From positions 320,001-384,000 of the forward strand of contig OZ253665.1 in NCBI GenBank assembly GCA_965263295.1: a stretch of DNA of 64,000 bases, written 5' to 3'. The stretch comes from Spirochaetia bacterium. Lineage in GTDB: Bacteria > Spirochaetota > Spirochaetia > SP-2023. A program made the translations under genes and the position numbers. A model generated the notes under the pieces. That model did no database searches, was not told the DNA's origin, and was given only the letters and a program-made list of their open reading frames with translations. This document shows, piece after piece, positions 30,734 to 39,929 of this stretch. Every line of letters begins with the position of its first letter. The stretch's first letter is position 1.

Positions 30734-30750
30734 TTGAGACTCATTACCAA
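30734..30750. promoter_or_regulatory. Fur-box-like site upstream of PFOR
   Basis: tgagact-c-attacca (30735-30749) has 3 mismatches to the 7-1-7 consensus. Confidence 0.4.
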
Positions 30751-30802
30751 GTTAATGATGTTTATTTAATTTGTATATCAGTTATTTTAAAAATGTACTA
30801 TC

Positions 30803-30859
30803 TTGATATTTTAGATTTGAACTGTTATAATTACCAAGCTTGTGAAAATTATTTCGCAA
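30803..30859 (+). promoter_or_regulatory. PFOR promoter with downstream palindromic operator
   Basis: TTGATA (30803-30808), 17 bp, TGn-TATAAT (30826-30831); TTGTGAAA-ATTA-TTTCGCAA at 30840-30859. Confidence 0.7.
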
Positions 30860-30887
30860 AATATGTAATAGTGAGGAACATGTACTT

Positions 30888-33800
30888 ATGGCTAAGGTAA
30901 CATTGGATGGTAACCAGGCGACGGCTTATATTGCCTATCAACTGAGTAGTGTTGCCGCGATTTATCCGATAACCCCGTCGTCACCGATGGGCGAGCATTC
31001 AGATGAGTGGGCGGCACAAGGAATTAAAAATCTGTTTGGCGAAACAGTAAATGTCATTGAGATGCAGTCCGAAGCTGGTGCTGCTGGCGCGGTTCACGGT
31101 TCTTTGGTCGCCGGCGCTTTGACCACGACCTTTACAGCTTCGCAGGGTCTGCTACTGATGATTCCGGACATGCACAAGATTGCCGGAGAGATGCTACCTA
31201 GTGTTTTTCATGTCTCGGCTCGCTCTATAGCGGCGCAATCCCTTTCAATCTTTGGCGATCATTCGGACGTCATGTCCACGCGCAACACCGGTTTTGCCAT
31301 GTTGTCCTCGGCGGGCGTACAGGAAGCCATGGATCTGGCTCTAGTGGCCCACGCCGCAACTTTGGAGGGAGAGATACCCTTCCTGCATTTTTTTGACGGT
31401 TTCCGCACTTCCCACGAAGTGATGAAAATTGATCAGATTCCTTACACTGTAATCAAAAAAATGATTGACCCGGCCTGGATACAGCGTTTTCGCGATCGCG
31501 CCATGCGCCCCGAAAAGCCAGTGGTACGCGTCGCCGCCCAAAATCCAGATGTGTATTTTCAGGGGCGTGAAACCAGCAACAAGTACTACGACGCTCTCCC
31601 GCAAATTGTTCAAAACGCTATGGATAGGCTGGGCGAGCTGATCGGGCGCCACTATAAGCTCTTTGACTACGTCGGTGTTCCTGACGCTAGCGATGTGATT
31701 ATTGTCATGGGCTCGGCCTGCGACACGGTGAACAAGACCGTGAATTACCTCAACGCCCGCGGACAGAAAGTGGGGGCGATCAAAGTCCGTTTGTATCGCC
31801 CTTTCTCGGTTGAACACTTTGTCGCAGCGATACCTGCCAGCTGTCAGCGCATCGCGGTATTGGACCGCACTAAGGAGCCGGGCAGCCACGGTGAACCGCT
31901 ATATCTGGATGTCGTCAGCGCTTTGGTTCAGGCCGGCCGCAGTGGCGTCAAGGTCGTCGGTGGCCGCTATGGCTTGTCCTCAAAGGAGTTTACTCCCAGC
32001 CATGTCAATGCGGTATATCAGTTTTTGCAAACTGAAGGCCGTCATAACTTCACTGTCGGTATTGAGGACGATGTGACTCACTTGTCTATTCCCGTCGCCG
32101 AGCATATTGACATTACGCCCGCTTCTGTCAAGAGTTGCATGTTTTGGGGCTTGGGTTCGGATGGTACGGTCGGCGCCAACAAAAACTCAATCAAAATTAT
32201 TGGCGGTAGCACCGAGCAGAATGCACAGGGTTACTTCGTTTACGACTCGAAGAAATCCTACGGTGTCACCGTATCGCACCTGCGCTTTGGCCACGATCCC
32301 GTCAATATGCCGTACCTGATTACCGACGCGGACTTTGTCGCCTGTCATCACCCCAGTTATCCAGGACGCTATGACATTTTGGAGCCATTAAAAGAGGGGG
32401 GGACCTTTCTGCTGAATACGGTCTTGGGGCCCGATGAAGTCCTAGCCAGCTTCACGGAAAAAGACCAGAAACTGCTGCGTGAAAAAAAGATACAATTTTA
32501 CATTGTCGATGCCTTGAAAATTGCCAAAGAAGTGGGCCTTGGTATCCGCATCAACACTGTGATGCAAGCCGCATTTTTTCACCTTTCGGAAGTTTTGCCC
32601 GCCGAACGCGCCACTAAGCTGATTAAAGACACCATCCATAAGTCCTACAAAAATAAGGGCGAAGACATTGTCAAGATTAATTGGGCCGCGGTGGATCAGG
32701 CTATTGCCGGTTTACAAAAGGTTGAAATTCCGCCGGTTTTTTCCGTATCAGCTCCTGAACGCAATACTCTGGCCGATATTAGTGACAGATTCGCGGCCGA
32801 GGTCATTGAGCCGGTTGCCCGCATGCAGGGCGATCAACTGCCAGTCTCCAAGATGAATTACGATGGTACCCTGCCCATCGGTACCAGTCGTCTCGAGAAA
32901 AGGGAAATGGCTCTGGATGTGCCGAGGTGGTTGGCGGACAACTGTATTCAATGTAACCAGTGCGTTATGTCCTGTCCGCATTCCGTCATTCGCGCCAAGC
33001 AAATTGTGCCAGCAGACCTCCAGGAGGCGCCGTCTAGCTTCAATACCATTCCGGTCAGGGGCAAGGTCAGCCAAGGCCTGCGGTATCGACTGCAAGTTTA
33101 TACCCAAGACTGTACCGGTTGTGGCGTCTGCATTGATGTTTGTCCGGCCAAGGAAAAAGCCCTGACATTTTCGAGCTTGCCACTGGAACAGGAGGCGGGA
33201 CAGGTTGAAAACTTTACTTTCTTCGATAGGCTGCCGAATAACAACGAGGGCGCCCCAGCCAACTCAATCAGGGAAATTGGTCTGCGCAAGCCATACTTTG
33301 AGTTTCACGGAGCTTGTGCCGGCTGTGGTGAGACTCCATACTACCGGCTCGCGACCCAGCTTTTTGGCAACCGCATGATTATTGGTAATGCCACGGGGTG
33401 TTCGTCGATCTACGGCGGTACTTTTCCGACTATTCCATTTGCCAAAGACAGCAAGGGGCGCGGGGTCTCTTGGGGTAACTCTTTGTTTGAAGATAATGCC
33501 GAATACGCCTTGGGGATGCGTTTGGCCGTAGATCAGAATCGTAAAGCTTTACAGGCCGTCTGCGAGAAGTTGCTCGTTGCAGGCGTCGAGTTGGATGGTT
33601 TGTTGGCCGCGGCCCTGGCCGACTACAACGATAAGTCGGAAGAAGCTTTTGACCGCCAGGTGGCTATCAAGAAAGCGGCTCAAGAGATTTTGCCGTCTGC
33701 CGTGGCCGAGGTCAAACCCTTGTTGGAGAAATTGATTGAGTTGGGAGACTACTTTGTCGACAAGAGCGTCTGGGCCATTGGCGGAGATGGCTGGGCTTAC

Positions 33801-34400
33801 GATATTGGTTTTGGCGGGCTTGACCACGTTCTGTCGCAGAACTTTAATGTCAACATATTGGTCATGGATACTGAAGTTTATTCTAACACGGGTGGCCAGG
33901 CTTCAAAGTCCACGCCCATAGGCTCGACGGCGAAATTCGCGTATAAGGGGCGCCGAATGGGCAAAAAGGATATGGGTTTAATTGCGATGTCTTACGGCCA
34001 CGTGTATGTGGCTTCAGTGGCGATGGGGGCCAACCGCAATCAGGTCATTAAGGCATTTCTGGAAGCGGAGGCTTACAATGGCCCGTCAATAATTCTGGCT
34101 TATGCTCCCTGTATTGCGCATGGTATTGACATGGGGAAGACGCAAAGCGAGCAGAAGTTGGCCGTTGGGACAGGCTATTTTCCGCTGTATCGCTACAACC
34201 CGAACGCTTTACAGGGCGAGCGCCTGGCCTGGGAAAGTAAAAAGCCTGCACGTCCGATCAGCGACTTGTTGAATAACGAACGCCGTTATACGGCTCTAAA
34301 GAAGATTGCACCGGAGGCCATGGAGCAGCTGTTCCAAGAGGCAGACCTCGATGCCAAACGTCGCCATGGTTTTATGGAGGAGATTTCCAAGTATCTTTAA
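30888..34400 (+). CDS. nifJ: Pyruvate:ferredoxin (flavodoxin) oxidoreductase
   Basis: YPITPSS, EMQSEAGAAG, CIQCNQC...CP, CTGCGVC...CP, GACAGCGE and GGDGWAYDIG motifs. Confidence 0.98.
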   Translation: MAKVTLDGNQATAYIAYQLSSVAAIYPITPSSPMGEHSDEWAAQGIKNLFGETVNVIEMQSEAGAAGAVHGSLVAGALTTTFTASQGLLLMIPDMHKIAGEMLPSVFHVSARSIAAQSLSIFGDHSDVMSTRNTGFAMLSSAGVQEAMDLALVAHAATLEGEIPFLHFFDGFRTSHEVMKIDQIPYTVIKKMIDPAWIQRFRDRAMRPEKPVVRVAAQNPDVYFQGRETSNKYYDALPQIVQNAMDRLGELIGRHYKLFDYVGVPDASDVIIVMGSACDTVNKTVNYLNARGQKVGAIKVRLYRPFSVEHFVAAIPASCQRIAVLDRTKEPGSHGEPLYLDVVSALVQAGRSGVKVVGGRYGLSSKEFTPSHVNAVYQFLQTEGRHNFTVGIEDDVTHLSIPVAEHIDITPASVKSCMFWGLGSDGTVGANKNSIKIIGGSTEQNAQGYFVYDSKKSYGVTVSHLRFGHDPVNMPYLITDADFVACHHPSYPGRYDILEPLKEGGTFLLNTVLGPDEVLASFTEKDQKLLREKKIQFYIVDALKIAKEVGLGIRINTVMQAAFFHLSEVLPAERATKLIKDTIHKSYKNKGEDIVKINWAAVDQAIAGLQKVEIPPVFSVSAPERNTLADISDRFAAEVIEPVARMQGDQLPVSKMNYDGTLPIGTSRLEKREMALDVPRWLADNCIQCNQCVMSCPHSVIRAKQIVPADLQEAPSSFNTIPVRGKVSQGLRYRLQVYTQDCTGCGVCIDVCPAKEKALTFSSLPLEQEAGQVENFTFFDRLPNNNEGAPANSIREIGLRKPYFEFHGACAGCGETPYYRLATQLFGNRMIIGNATGCSSIYGGTFPTIPFAKDSKGRGVSWGNSLFEDNAEYALGMRLAVDQNRKALQAVCEKLLVAGVELDGLLAAALADYNDKSEEAFDRQVAIKKAAQEILPSAVAEVKPLLEKLIELGDYFVDKSVWAIGGDGWAYDIGFGGLDHVLSQNFNVNILVMDTEVYSNTGGQASKSTPIGSTAKFAYKGRRMGKKDMGLIAMSYGHVYVASVAMGANRNQVIKAFLEAEAYNGPSIILAYAPCIAHGIDMGKTQSEQKLAVGTGYFPLYRYNPNALQGERLAWESKKPARPISDLLNNERRYTALKKIAPEAMEQLFQEADLDAKRRHGFMEEISKYL

Positions 34401-34543
34401 TATAATCGGACTTATTTTGTCCATATAAGTGCCTGATTATTAGGAGCTGAGCAGGTCCTACCAGTAATTTTTGTGTTGGAGGCTTGCCCTTTAGATATAG
34501 CTGTAAAAAGAGTATTTCAGGTTTTTTGGTGGCAAAAAAGAAA

Positions 34544-34570
34544 AAAGGACTCCGATAAACGGAGTCCTTT
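34544..34570 (-). terminator. Intrinsic terminator after tRNA-Leu
   Basis: aaaggactccg-ataaa-cggagtccttt, followed on the minus strand by a T run. Confidence 0.85.
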
Positions 34571-34572
34571 AG

Positions 34573-34656
34573 TGCGGCGAACTGGACTTGAACCAGCACG
34601 ACATTACTGCCACTAGCCCCTCAAGCTAGCGTGTCTACCTATTCCACCACCGCCGC
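34573..34656 (-). tRNA. tRNA-Leu(GAG)
   Basis: gcggcggtggtggaataggtagacacgctagc-ttGAGgg-gctag, long variable arm, gctggttcaagtccagttcgccgca; CCA not encoded. Confidence 0.96.
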
Positions 34657-34877
34657 AGGCAGAGCTAAAATTTTTAAGCATGATACGGAGGCCAGAGACA
34701 CTTGTCAACAGTTTATTGTATTATTTGCTTGACTTGAAATTATGTGGGTTGACTTTCGGGGCTTTAAAAATAGACTTCTATCAAACAGGCTAAAACGGTA
34801 TAATTCCTAGATTTTGCTGTAGTCTTGACAAATACCTTTTGGGGGGTATGGTATTAAATATATGGAGTGGCCTCATT

Positions 34878-36029
34878 ATGAATATCACAGTAAAACTTAG
34901 AACTTTATTTATACTTTCGTCCTTTGCTTATATCTTTGCTCTTGTCACATTATTCTCCTGTAGCAAAAAAGCCAGTTCAAGTAATGTCTCCGCCACAGGT
35001 GCACAAGTTGAAGTCACCGTCAGGCTGGGTACCGATGGATCTGGTGTCGATGACAAATCTTTCAATGCTTCGGCTTGGCGCGGTATCACTAACTTTTATG
35101 GCGACACTCCGGAAAACCCCAGCAAACGTGGGATTTATTATGATTACATAATCTCCAGCCATATGGACAAATATGTATCTAACTTGCGTTTGATGTCTGA
35201 AGGTGATTATGATCTGGTAATTGTCAACGGATTTACCTGGGCCGATGCCCTATCCCAGGTGGCACCTGAATACCCCGAACAAAAATATTTAATGGTTGAT
35301 GTCGATTGGCTGGCGAACGAAGCCCATAATGTAATGGAGGCTATATATGCCGAGGAGCAGGGGTCTTTCCTCGTCGGTGTCGCCACGGCTTTAAAGGCTA
35401 AGGAAATTGATGCGACGCCGAAATTTGGCTTTATTGGCGGGATACCTGGGGCTGTAATCACGCGCTTCCAGGTCGGATATATGCAGGGGATTCTGTCGAT
35501 ATCTCCAGATGCCGAGATTCTGGATTATTATGCTAACGATTGGGCTGACCCGGCGAAAGCGAAAGTCAAGGCTGAAGCTTGGTTTGACAATGGCGTATAT
35601 GCAATCTTCTCTGCTGCTGGCTCTACTGGCAACGGCACGATTCAAGTCGCGAAAGAGCACCGTCAACGGGGTGAAGATGTCTGGGCTATCGGTGTCGATT
35701 CTGATCAATACGCCGAAGGCATTTACGAAGAAGGCAAGTCGGCCATTCTGACTTCAATGGTTAAACGCGTTGACGCTGCCGCAGAACTTGCCTTGCGCAA
35801 TGTTAGGGAAGGAAAATTTAAGGCAGAAGTGATTCGCCTGGATTTAAGGAGTCATGGAGTGGGCCTCCCTGAAGCTAACCCCAACCTTTCCGATGAGATT
35901 ATGCATGAGTTGGGGAACTACGAAAAGAAAATAATAAATGGTGATATCGTAGTTGATCGCACTGTTTCTGAGTTTACCTCGGCTGGACATCTAGGTGAAG
36001 GTCTGATTTTACAGGCACAGGATGATTAA
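34878..36029 (+). CDS. BMP-family (TmpC/PnrA-like) ABC substrate-binding lipoprotein
   Basis: Lipobox LFS-C; DDKSFNASAW.G, EEQGSFLVG, FGFIGG, WAIGVDSDQY and ILTSMVKRVD; start set at MNITVK. Confidence 0.92.
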   Translation: MNITVKLRTLFILSSFAYIFALVTLFSCSKKASSSNVSATGAQVEVTVRLGTDGSGVDDKSFNASAWRGITNFYGDTPENPSKRGIYYDYIISSHMDKYVSNLRLMSEGDYDLVIVNGFTWADALSQVAPEYPEQKYLMVDVDWLANEAHNVMEAIYAEEQGSFLVGVATALKAKEIDATPKFGFIGGIPGAVITRFQVGYMQGILSISPDAEILDYYANDWADPAKAKVKAEAWFDNGVYAIFSAAGSTGNGTIQVAKEHRQRGEDVWAIGVDSDQYAEGIYEEGKSAILTSMVKRVDAAAELALRNVREGKFKAEVIRLDLRSHGVGLPEANPNLSDEIMHELGNYEKKIINGDIVVDRTVSEFTSAGHLGEGLILQAQDD

Positions 36030-36140
36030 GATTGGTCGTTAATTGACGGCTATATTAAATGAGCGAAATGACTTGCGTTGAATCTCAATTTTTTATATTT
36101 GGCAAAAGTGAAAAAACTTGTATTGACATGGCAAATATAC

Positions 36141-36169
36141 TTGACATAACTGAATCGGTTCCGTATGTT
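36141..36169 (+). promoter_or_regulatory. Sigma70 promoter of the tRNA-Thr/rpmG operon
   Basis: TTGACA (36141-36146), 17 bp, TATGTT (36164-36169); a second TTGACA at 36123. Confidence 0.7.
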
Positions 36170-36186
36170 ATCGCCAGTCTTGCCAA

Positions 36187-36259
36187 GCCTCTGTAGCTCA
36201 GTTGGTAGAGCACAACCATGGTAAGGTTGGGGTCACCGGTTCGAGTCCGGTCGGCGGCT
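36187..36259 (+). tRNA. tRNA-Thr(GGT)
   Basis: gcctctgtagctcagttggtagagca-caacc-atGGTaa-ggttg-gggtc-accggttcgagtccggt-cggcggct; no CCA. Confidence 0.95.
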
Positions 36260-36311
36260 TTGGTATTTGTTTATTTAGCCTTTCAGGGCTATTTTTGGGG
36301 TATTTAAGGGT

Positions 36312-36488
36312 ATGGCAAAAAGCAAGAAAACTGCAGTTGAGTTGATTTCTTTACGTTGCGCCGTTTGTGGGCACAGAAACTACACAACGCGTAAGAATCG
36401 TCGTAATACGCAGGAAAAGCTGGAATTGAAAAAGTACTGCAAATGGTGTAAGGCTGCGACAACCCATAAAGAAGGCAAGATTAAATAA
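36312..36488 (+). CDS. rpmG: 50S ribosomal protein L33, Zn-ribbon form (58 aa; absent from the ORF track)
   Basis: Manual translation: MAKSKKTAVELISLRCAVCGHRNYTTRKNRRNTQEKLELKKYCKWCKAATTHKEGKIK. Confidence 0.97.
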   Translation: MAKSKKTAVELISLRCAVCGHRNYTTRKNRRNTQEKLELKKYCKWCKAATTHKEGKIK

Positions 36489-36494
36489 GACAAT

Positions 36495-36567
36495 AGGTCA
36501 GTAGTTCAATTGGTAGAGCACTGGTCTCCAAAACCAGGTGTTGCAGGTTCGAGTCCTGCCTGGCCTG
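36495..36567 (+). tRNA. tRNA-Trp(CCA)
   Basis: aggtcagtagttcaattggtagagca-ctggt-ctCCAaa-accag-gtgtt-gcaggttcgagtcctgc-ctggcctg. Confidence 0.96.
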
Positions 36568-36651
36568 TCTTTTATGGGTTGCGCTGTTAAAGTTTGCAGC
36601 CTTTGTTTTGAAGCTTGCTTTTTGTGTGTCTTGTGCGTAAAGATTTGGGTT

Positions 36652-36834
36652 ATGAATATGTTGAGATTTATTCGCGAATGTGTGGCAGAGTTTAAAAAGG
36701 TTACTTGGCCCAGTCGTGAGACGGTTGTTTCTGCTTCCAAAGTGATGTTGTTGTCTACTTTTGTTTTTGTGTTGTTCTTTCTGGGGGTGGATAATCTGAT
36801 ACGTACTCTGCTATTACTCCTCTTGGGGGCATGA
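36652..36834 (+). CDS. secE: Preprotein translocase subunit SecE
   Basis: EFKKVTWPSR followed by one TM; lies between tRNA-Trp and nusG; start moved to ATG 36652. Confidence 0.93.
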   Translation: MNMLRFIRECVAEFKKVTWPSRETVVSASKVMLLSTFVFVLFFLGVDNLIRTLLLLLLGA

Positions 36835-36931
36835 TTTGGGGGCATGATTGTCGAAATATGTTTTGTGTTTGGCTGTGTAATGCCGGAGATGTAGGGCGGA
36901 GTGAGAGACGAGCAAGGAAAGGCGGCAGATT

Positions 36932-37489
36932 ATGGCAAAGGGCTGGTATGTTCTACAGGCTTTGACAAGCCAGGAGAGTAGAGTTGAGAAATATATTCAA
37001 AACATTATTAATAGTGCGAAGTTTGAAGGTGTTTTGAATGCGGTGAAAGTCCCTTCTGAAACTGTTGCGGAAATTCGTAATGGTAAGAAAAGAAATGTAA
37101 ATAAAAAGTTTTTGCCAGGTTATGTCCTGGTGGAGATGGACCTGCCGCATGAGAACTGGCAGCCTGTTTGTTCCGAGCTGCGTGCTTTGCAGGGTGTTAC
37201 TGGTTTTGTCGGGTATGGCAAGCAGGTAAAACCGCAACCTATTTCTAAGGAAGAAGCACGTGCAATTTTACAGCGCAGTGGTGATATTAGGTCAGATGTG
37301 AAGTTTCAAGTGCGCCAGGATTACACCGTCGGAGAAGAGATCAAAATTATTTCAGGTCCTTTTGAAAGTTTTGCGGGTCGTATTGATGAGGTGTTTCCAG
37401 AGCATAGCAAGTTGAAGGTTATGGTGGCAATTTTTGGTCGCGATACTCCTGTAGAACTTGATTTTGAAGAAGTGGAAAAAGTAATTTGA
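36932..37489 (+). CDS. nusG: Transcription termination/antitermination factor NusG
   Basis: WYVLQ, KKFLPGYVLVEM, GVTGFVG, KOW motif ISGPF and IFGRDTPVEL. Confidence 0.98.
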   Translation: MAKGWYVLQALTSQESRVEKYIQNIINSAKFEGVLNAVKVPSETVAEIRNGKKRNVNKKFLPGYVLVEMDLPHENWQPVCSELRALQGVTGFVGYGKQVKPQPISKEEARAILQRSGDIRSDVKFQVRQDYTVGEEIKIISGPFESFAGRIDEVFPEHSKLKVMVAIFGRDTPVELDFEEVEKVI

Positions 37490-37514
37490 GTCCTTTCGTT
37501 TAGATTGGAAATTT

Positions 37515-37563
37515 TGTGGGAGCTGCTTTTCCCTTTCGATATAAAAGTAGCGCGATTACCACA
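37515..37563 (+). promoter_or_regulatory. L1-binding autoregulatory leader of rplK-rplA
   Basis: tgtgg/ccaca outer helix, GGGAG motif, inner helix gctgctttt/aaaagtagc; directly before the rplK RBS. Confidence 0.7.
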
Positions 37564-37573
37564 TGGAGGAATT

Positions 37574-38011
37574 ATGGCAAAAAAAAGAAAGGAAGTAACG
37601 GCAATTGTAAAATTGCAAGCCCCTGCAGGTAAGGCCACGCCTGCGCCGCCTATCGGTCCAGCTTTGGGTCCTCATGGCGTCAGTGCTCCGCAATTCGTGC
37701 AGCAATTTAATGATGCCACTAAAAATATGGAACCGGGTCTGATTATCCCGGTTGAATTAACGATTTATAATGATCGTACTTACGAGTTTATTTTAAAAAC
37801 TCCACCGGCTTCGGTTCTACTTAAAAAGGCCGCCAAGATTGACAAAGGTTCCAAATTGCCCCACAAGGAAAAGGTCGCGACCATCACCCGTTCTCAGGTG
37901 CAGCAAATTGCAGAAACTAAGATGCCGGACTTGAACGCCAACGATATGGAAGCTGCAATCAATATTGTGGCGGGGACGGCCCGCAGCATGGGCATCCTGG
38001 TTGAGGGTTGA
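37574..38011 (+). CDS. rplK: 50S ribosomal protein L11
   Basis: [26 protein letters not shown] and KMPDLNA; start moved to ATG 37574 (GGAGG RBS). Confidence 0.98.
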   Translation: MAKKRKEVTAIVKLQAPAGKATPAPPIGPALGPHGVSAPQFVQQFNDATKNMEPGLIIPVELTIYNDRTYEFILKTPPASVLLKKAAKIDKGSKLPHKEKVATITRSQVQQIAETKMPDLNANDMEAAINIVAGTARSMGILVEG

Positions 38012-38015
38012 CTAT

Positions 38016-38702
38016 ATGGCAAACAAAGGTAAAAAATTTCGTGCGGCAGCGGAAAAGGTCGGGGAAAATCCTTTGCCTGTCGATGAGGCAATCAAATTGA
38101 TAAAAGGAATTTCTTTTGCCAAATTTGATGAGACAATTGAAGTTGCCGCTAAGTTGAATCTGAAGAAAAGTCATTCGGTCCGTGATATAGTGGTTTTGCC
38201 TAACCAGTTTCGCCCTGAAGCTCGCGTGCTCGTTTTTGCCCAGGGGGACAAGGCAAAGGAAGCTGAAGAAGCGGGGGCGATTCATGTCGGAGGGGCAGAG
38301 TTGGTGAGAAAAATTCAAGGCGGCTGGCTTGAATTTGACGTGTGCGTGGCGACGCCCGACATGATGAAAGATGTCGGTAGGTTGGGACAGGTACTGGGGC
38401 GCCGGGGTATGATGCCTAACCCAAAGACCCGCACGGTGACGATGGACATTAAGGGTGCTTTGGCAGAATTGAAGTTGGGGCGCACTGAATTTCGTGCGGA
38501 TAAAGGCGGTGTTGTGCACTTGGCGATTGGTAAAGTAAAGTCGATGGACGATGAAAAAATCAAGCAGAACTTGTTGTCTCTAGTTGAAGGTTTGGAGGCT
38601 AAGCGTCCGACTGATGTTAAAGGTGATTACATCCGTACTCTCTCTTTGTCTTCGACTATGGGGCCGGGTGTTCGCGTCGAATTGAGCAGCGTACAGACTT
38701 GA
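38016..38702 (+). CDS. rplA: 50S ribosomal protein L1
   Basis: AKFDETIE, ATPDMM, LGRRGMMPNPK and LSSTMGPGV; start moved to ATG 38016. Confidence 0.98.
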   Translation: MANKGKKFRAAAEKVGENPLPVDEAIKLIKGISFAKFDETIEVAAKLNLKKSHSVRDIVVLPNQFRPEARVLVFAQGDKAKEAEEAGAIHVGGAELVRKIQGGWLEFDVCVATPDMMKDVGRLGQVLGRRGMMPNPKTRTVTMDIKGALAELKLGRTEFRADKGGVVHLAIGKVKSMDDEKIKQNLLSLVEGLEAKRPTDVKGDYIRTLSLSSTMGPGVRVELSSVQT

Positions 38703-38716
38703 GTTCGACAGGAGTT

Positions 38717-39250
38717 ATGATCGTGGAAAAAAAAGTTCAACAGTATAAGAAGGATGCCGTCTCTGAGTTGCGAAAGCTTCTGGAGGACAGCCAAAGCTAT
38801 GTTCTTGTCAATTACCGAGGCCTGGCCGTAAAGCAGATTACCAGCCTGCGCAGAAAACTGCGTGAGGAAGGGGCGAAATTTCACGTTGTCAAGAATAATT
38901 ATTTGAAAATCGCTTTAGATCAGAGTGAAAAACCTTACGAGGACAGTGCTCTGAAGGGTCCCACAGCTATTGCTGTCATGGCCGGCGATGCCAGTGCTGC
39001 GGTTAAGGTCATTGCCGAGTTCCCGCACGAACAGGCTCTGGAAATGAAGAGTGGCGTTATTGATGGTAGTGTTTTTGACCGGGCCGGCCTGCTTGAGTAC
39101 TCTAAACTGCCGAGTAAGTCTGAACTTATTGCTAAACTTTTGGCTGTGCTCAATGCTCCAGCTCGGCAGACAGCGGGGGTCCTACATGCTTCGGTGGCTC
39201 AATTGCTATATGCTTTGAATGCGCTCAAAGATAAGCAGGAAAAGACTTAG
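38717..39250 (+). CDS. rplJ: 50S ribosomal protein L10
   Basis: NYRGL.V.QIT.LR, VVKNN, LKGPTAIA and LPSKSELIAKLL; start is 38717 or 38723. Confidence 0.95.
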   Translation: MIVEKKVQQYKKDAVSELRKLLEDSQSYVLVNYRGLAVKQITSLRRKLREEGAKFHVVKNNYLKIALDQSEKPYEDSALKGPTAIAVMAGDASAAVKVIAEFPHEQALEMKSGVIDGSVFDRAGLLEYSKLPSKSELIAKLLAVLNAPARQTAGVLHASVAQLLYALNALKDKQEKT

Positions 39251-39348
39251 TTTTATTTTCAAAAGATAGGCAGTCAGCCTTCAGCAATTTCTGTTATCGT
39301 CATGCTGCTGTCTAAAACAAAAATTTATATATTTAGGAGGAAGTTAAT

Positions 39349-39717
39349 ATGACGGTAGAAAATCTGGTTGAAGAAATCAGTAAGTTGACTGTGCTTGAAG
39401 TTTCCGAGCTGGTAAAGGCACTGGAAGACAAATTTGGTGTCAGCGCCGCAGCTCCAGTTGCAGCTGTTGCCGCTCCGGCTGCCGCTTCTGCTGAGGAAGA
39501 ACAGACAGAGTTTGACGTAATTCTGACTGGTGTCGAGGATGGCAAGAAGATTGCCTTGATCAAAGAAGTCCGAGCATTGACTGGTTTGGATCTTAAAGGC
39601 GCCAAGGAGTTTGTTGAAAATCCGGGTAAGGCTGTCAAGGAAGCCGTTTCTAAGGATGAGGCCGCTGAGCTAAAAAGTAAGCTGGAAGCTGCCGGAGGCA
39701 AGATCGAAATTAAATAA
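39349..39717 (+). CDS. rplL: 50S ribosomal protein L7/L12
   Basis: [33 protein letters not shown] and KLEAAGG. Confidence 0.99.
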   Translation: MTVENLVEEISKLTVLEVSELVKALEDKFGVSAAAPVAAVAAPAAASAEEEQTEFDVILTGVEDGKKIALIKEVRALTGLDLKGAKEFVENPGKAVKEAVSKDEAAELKSKLEAAGGKIEIK

Positions 39718-39780
39718 TTGATTGGTGCCGTTTGGCTACCTACCATCAAGTGAGTTTGCTGAGCCTTTAGAATCTTGTTG

Positions 39781-39817
39781 AAGGATGGAATAGAGCATTG
39801 TCGTCATTCCATCCTTT
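39781..39817 (+). terminator. Hairpin/attenuator between rplL and rpoB
   Basis: aaggatggaat / attccatcctt, 11-bp stem, short T tract. Confidence 0.55.
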
Positions 39818-39929
39818 CTGTGTCATTTCGTTTGCGGAATGGAGAGAAGCTGTGATGGACTGAGATGAGCATACAAGTACGACAAATGTATAACTACCTC
39901 TTATTGGGTTACGCTGCGAGGAGAAGCCT

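Noticed and set aside
36498..36845. ORFs 36498-36845(-) and the 5' part of 36538-36834(+)
   Set aside because: They overlap tRNA-Trp; only the secE part from 36652 is supported.
38702..38717. L10 leader before rplJ
   Set aside because: Only about 14 nt separate rplA and rplJ, leaving no room.
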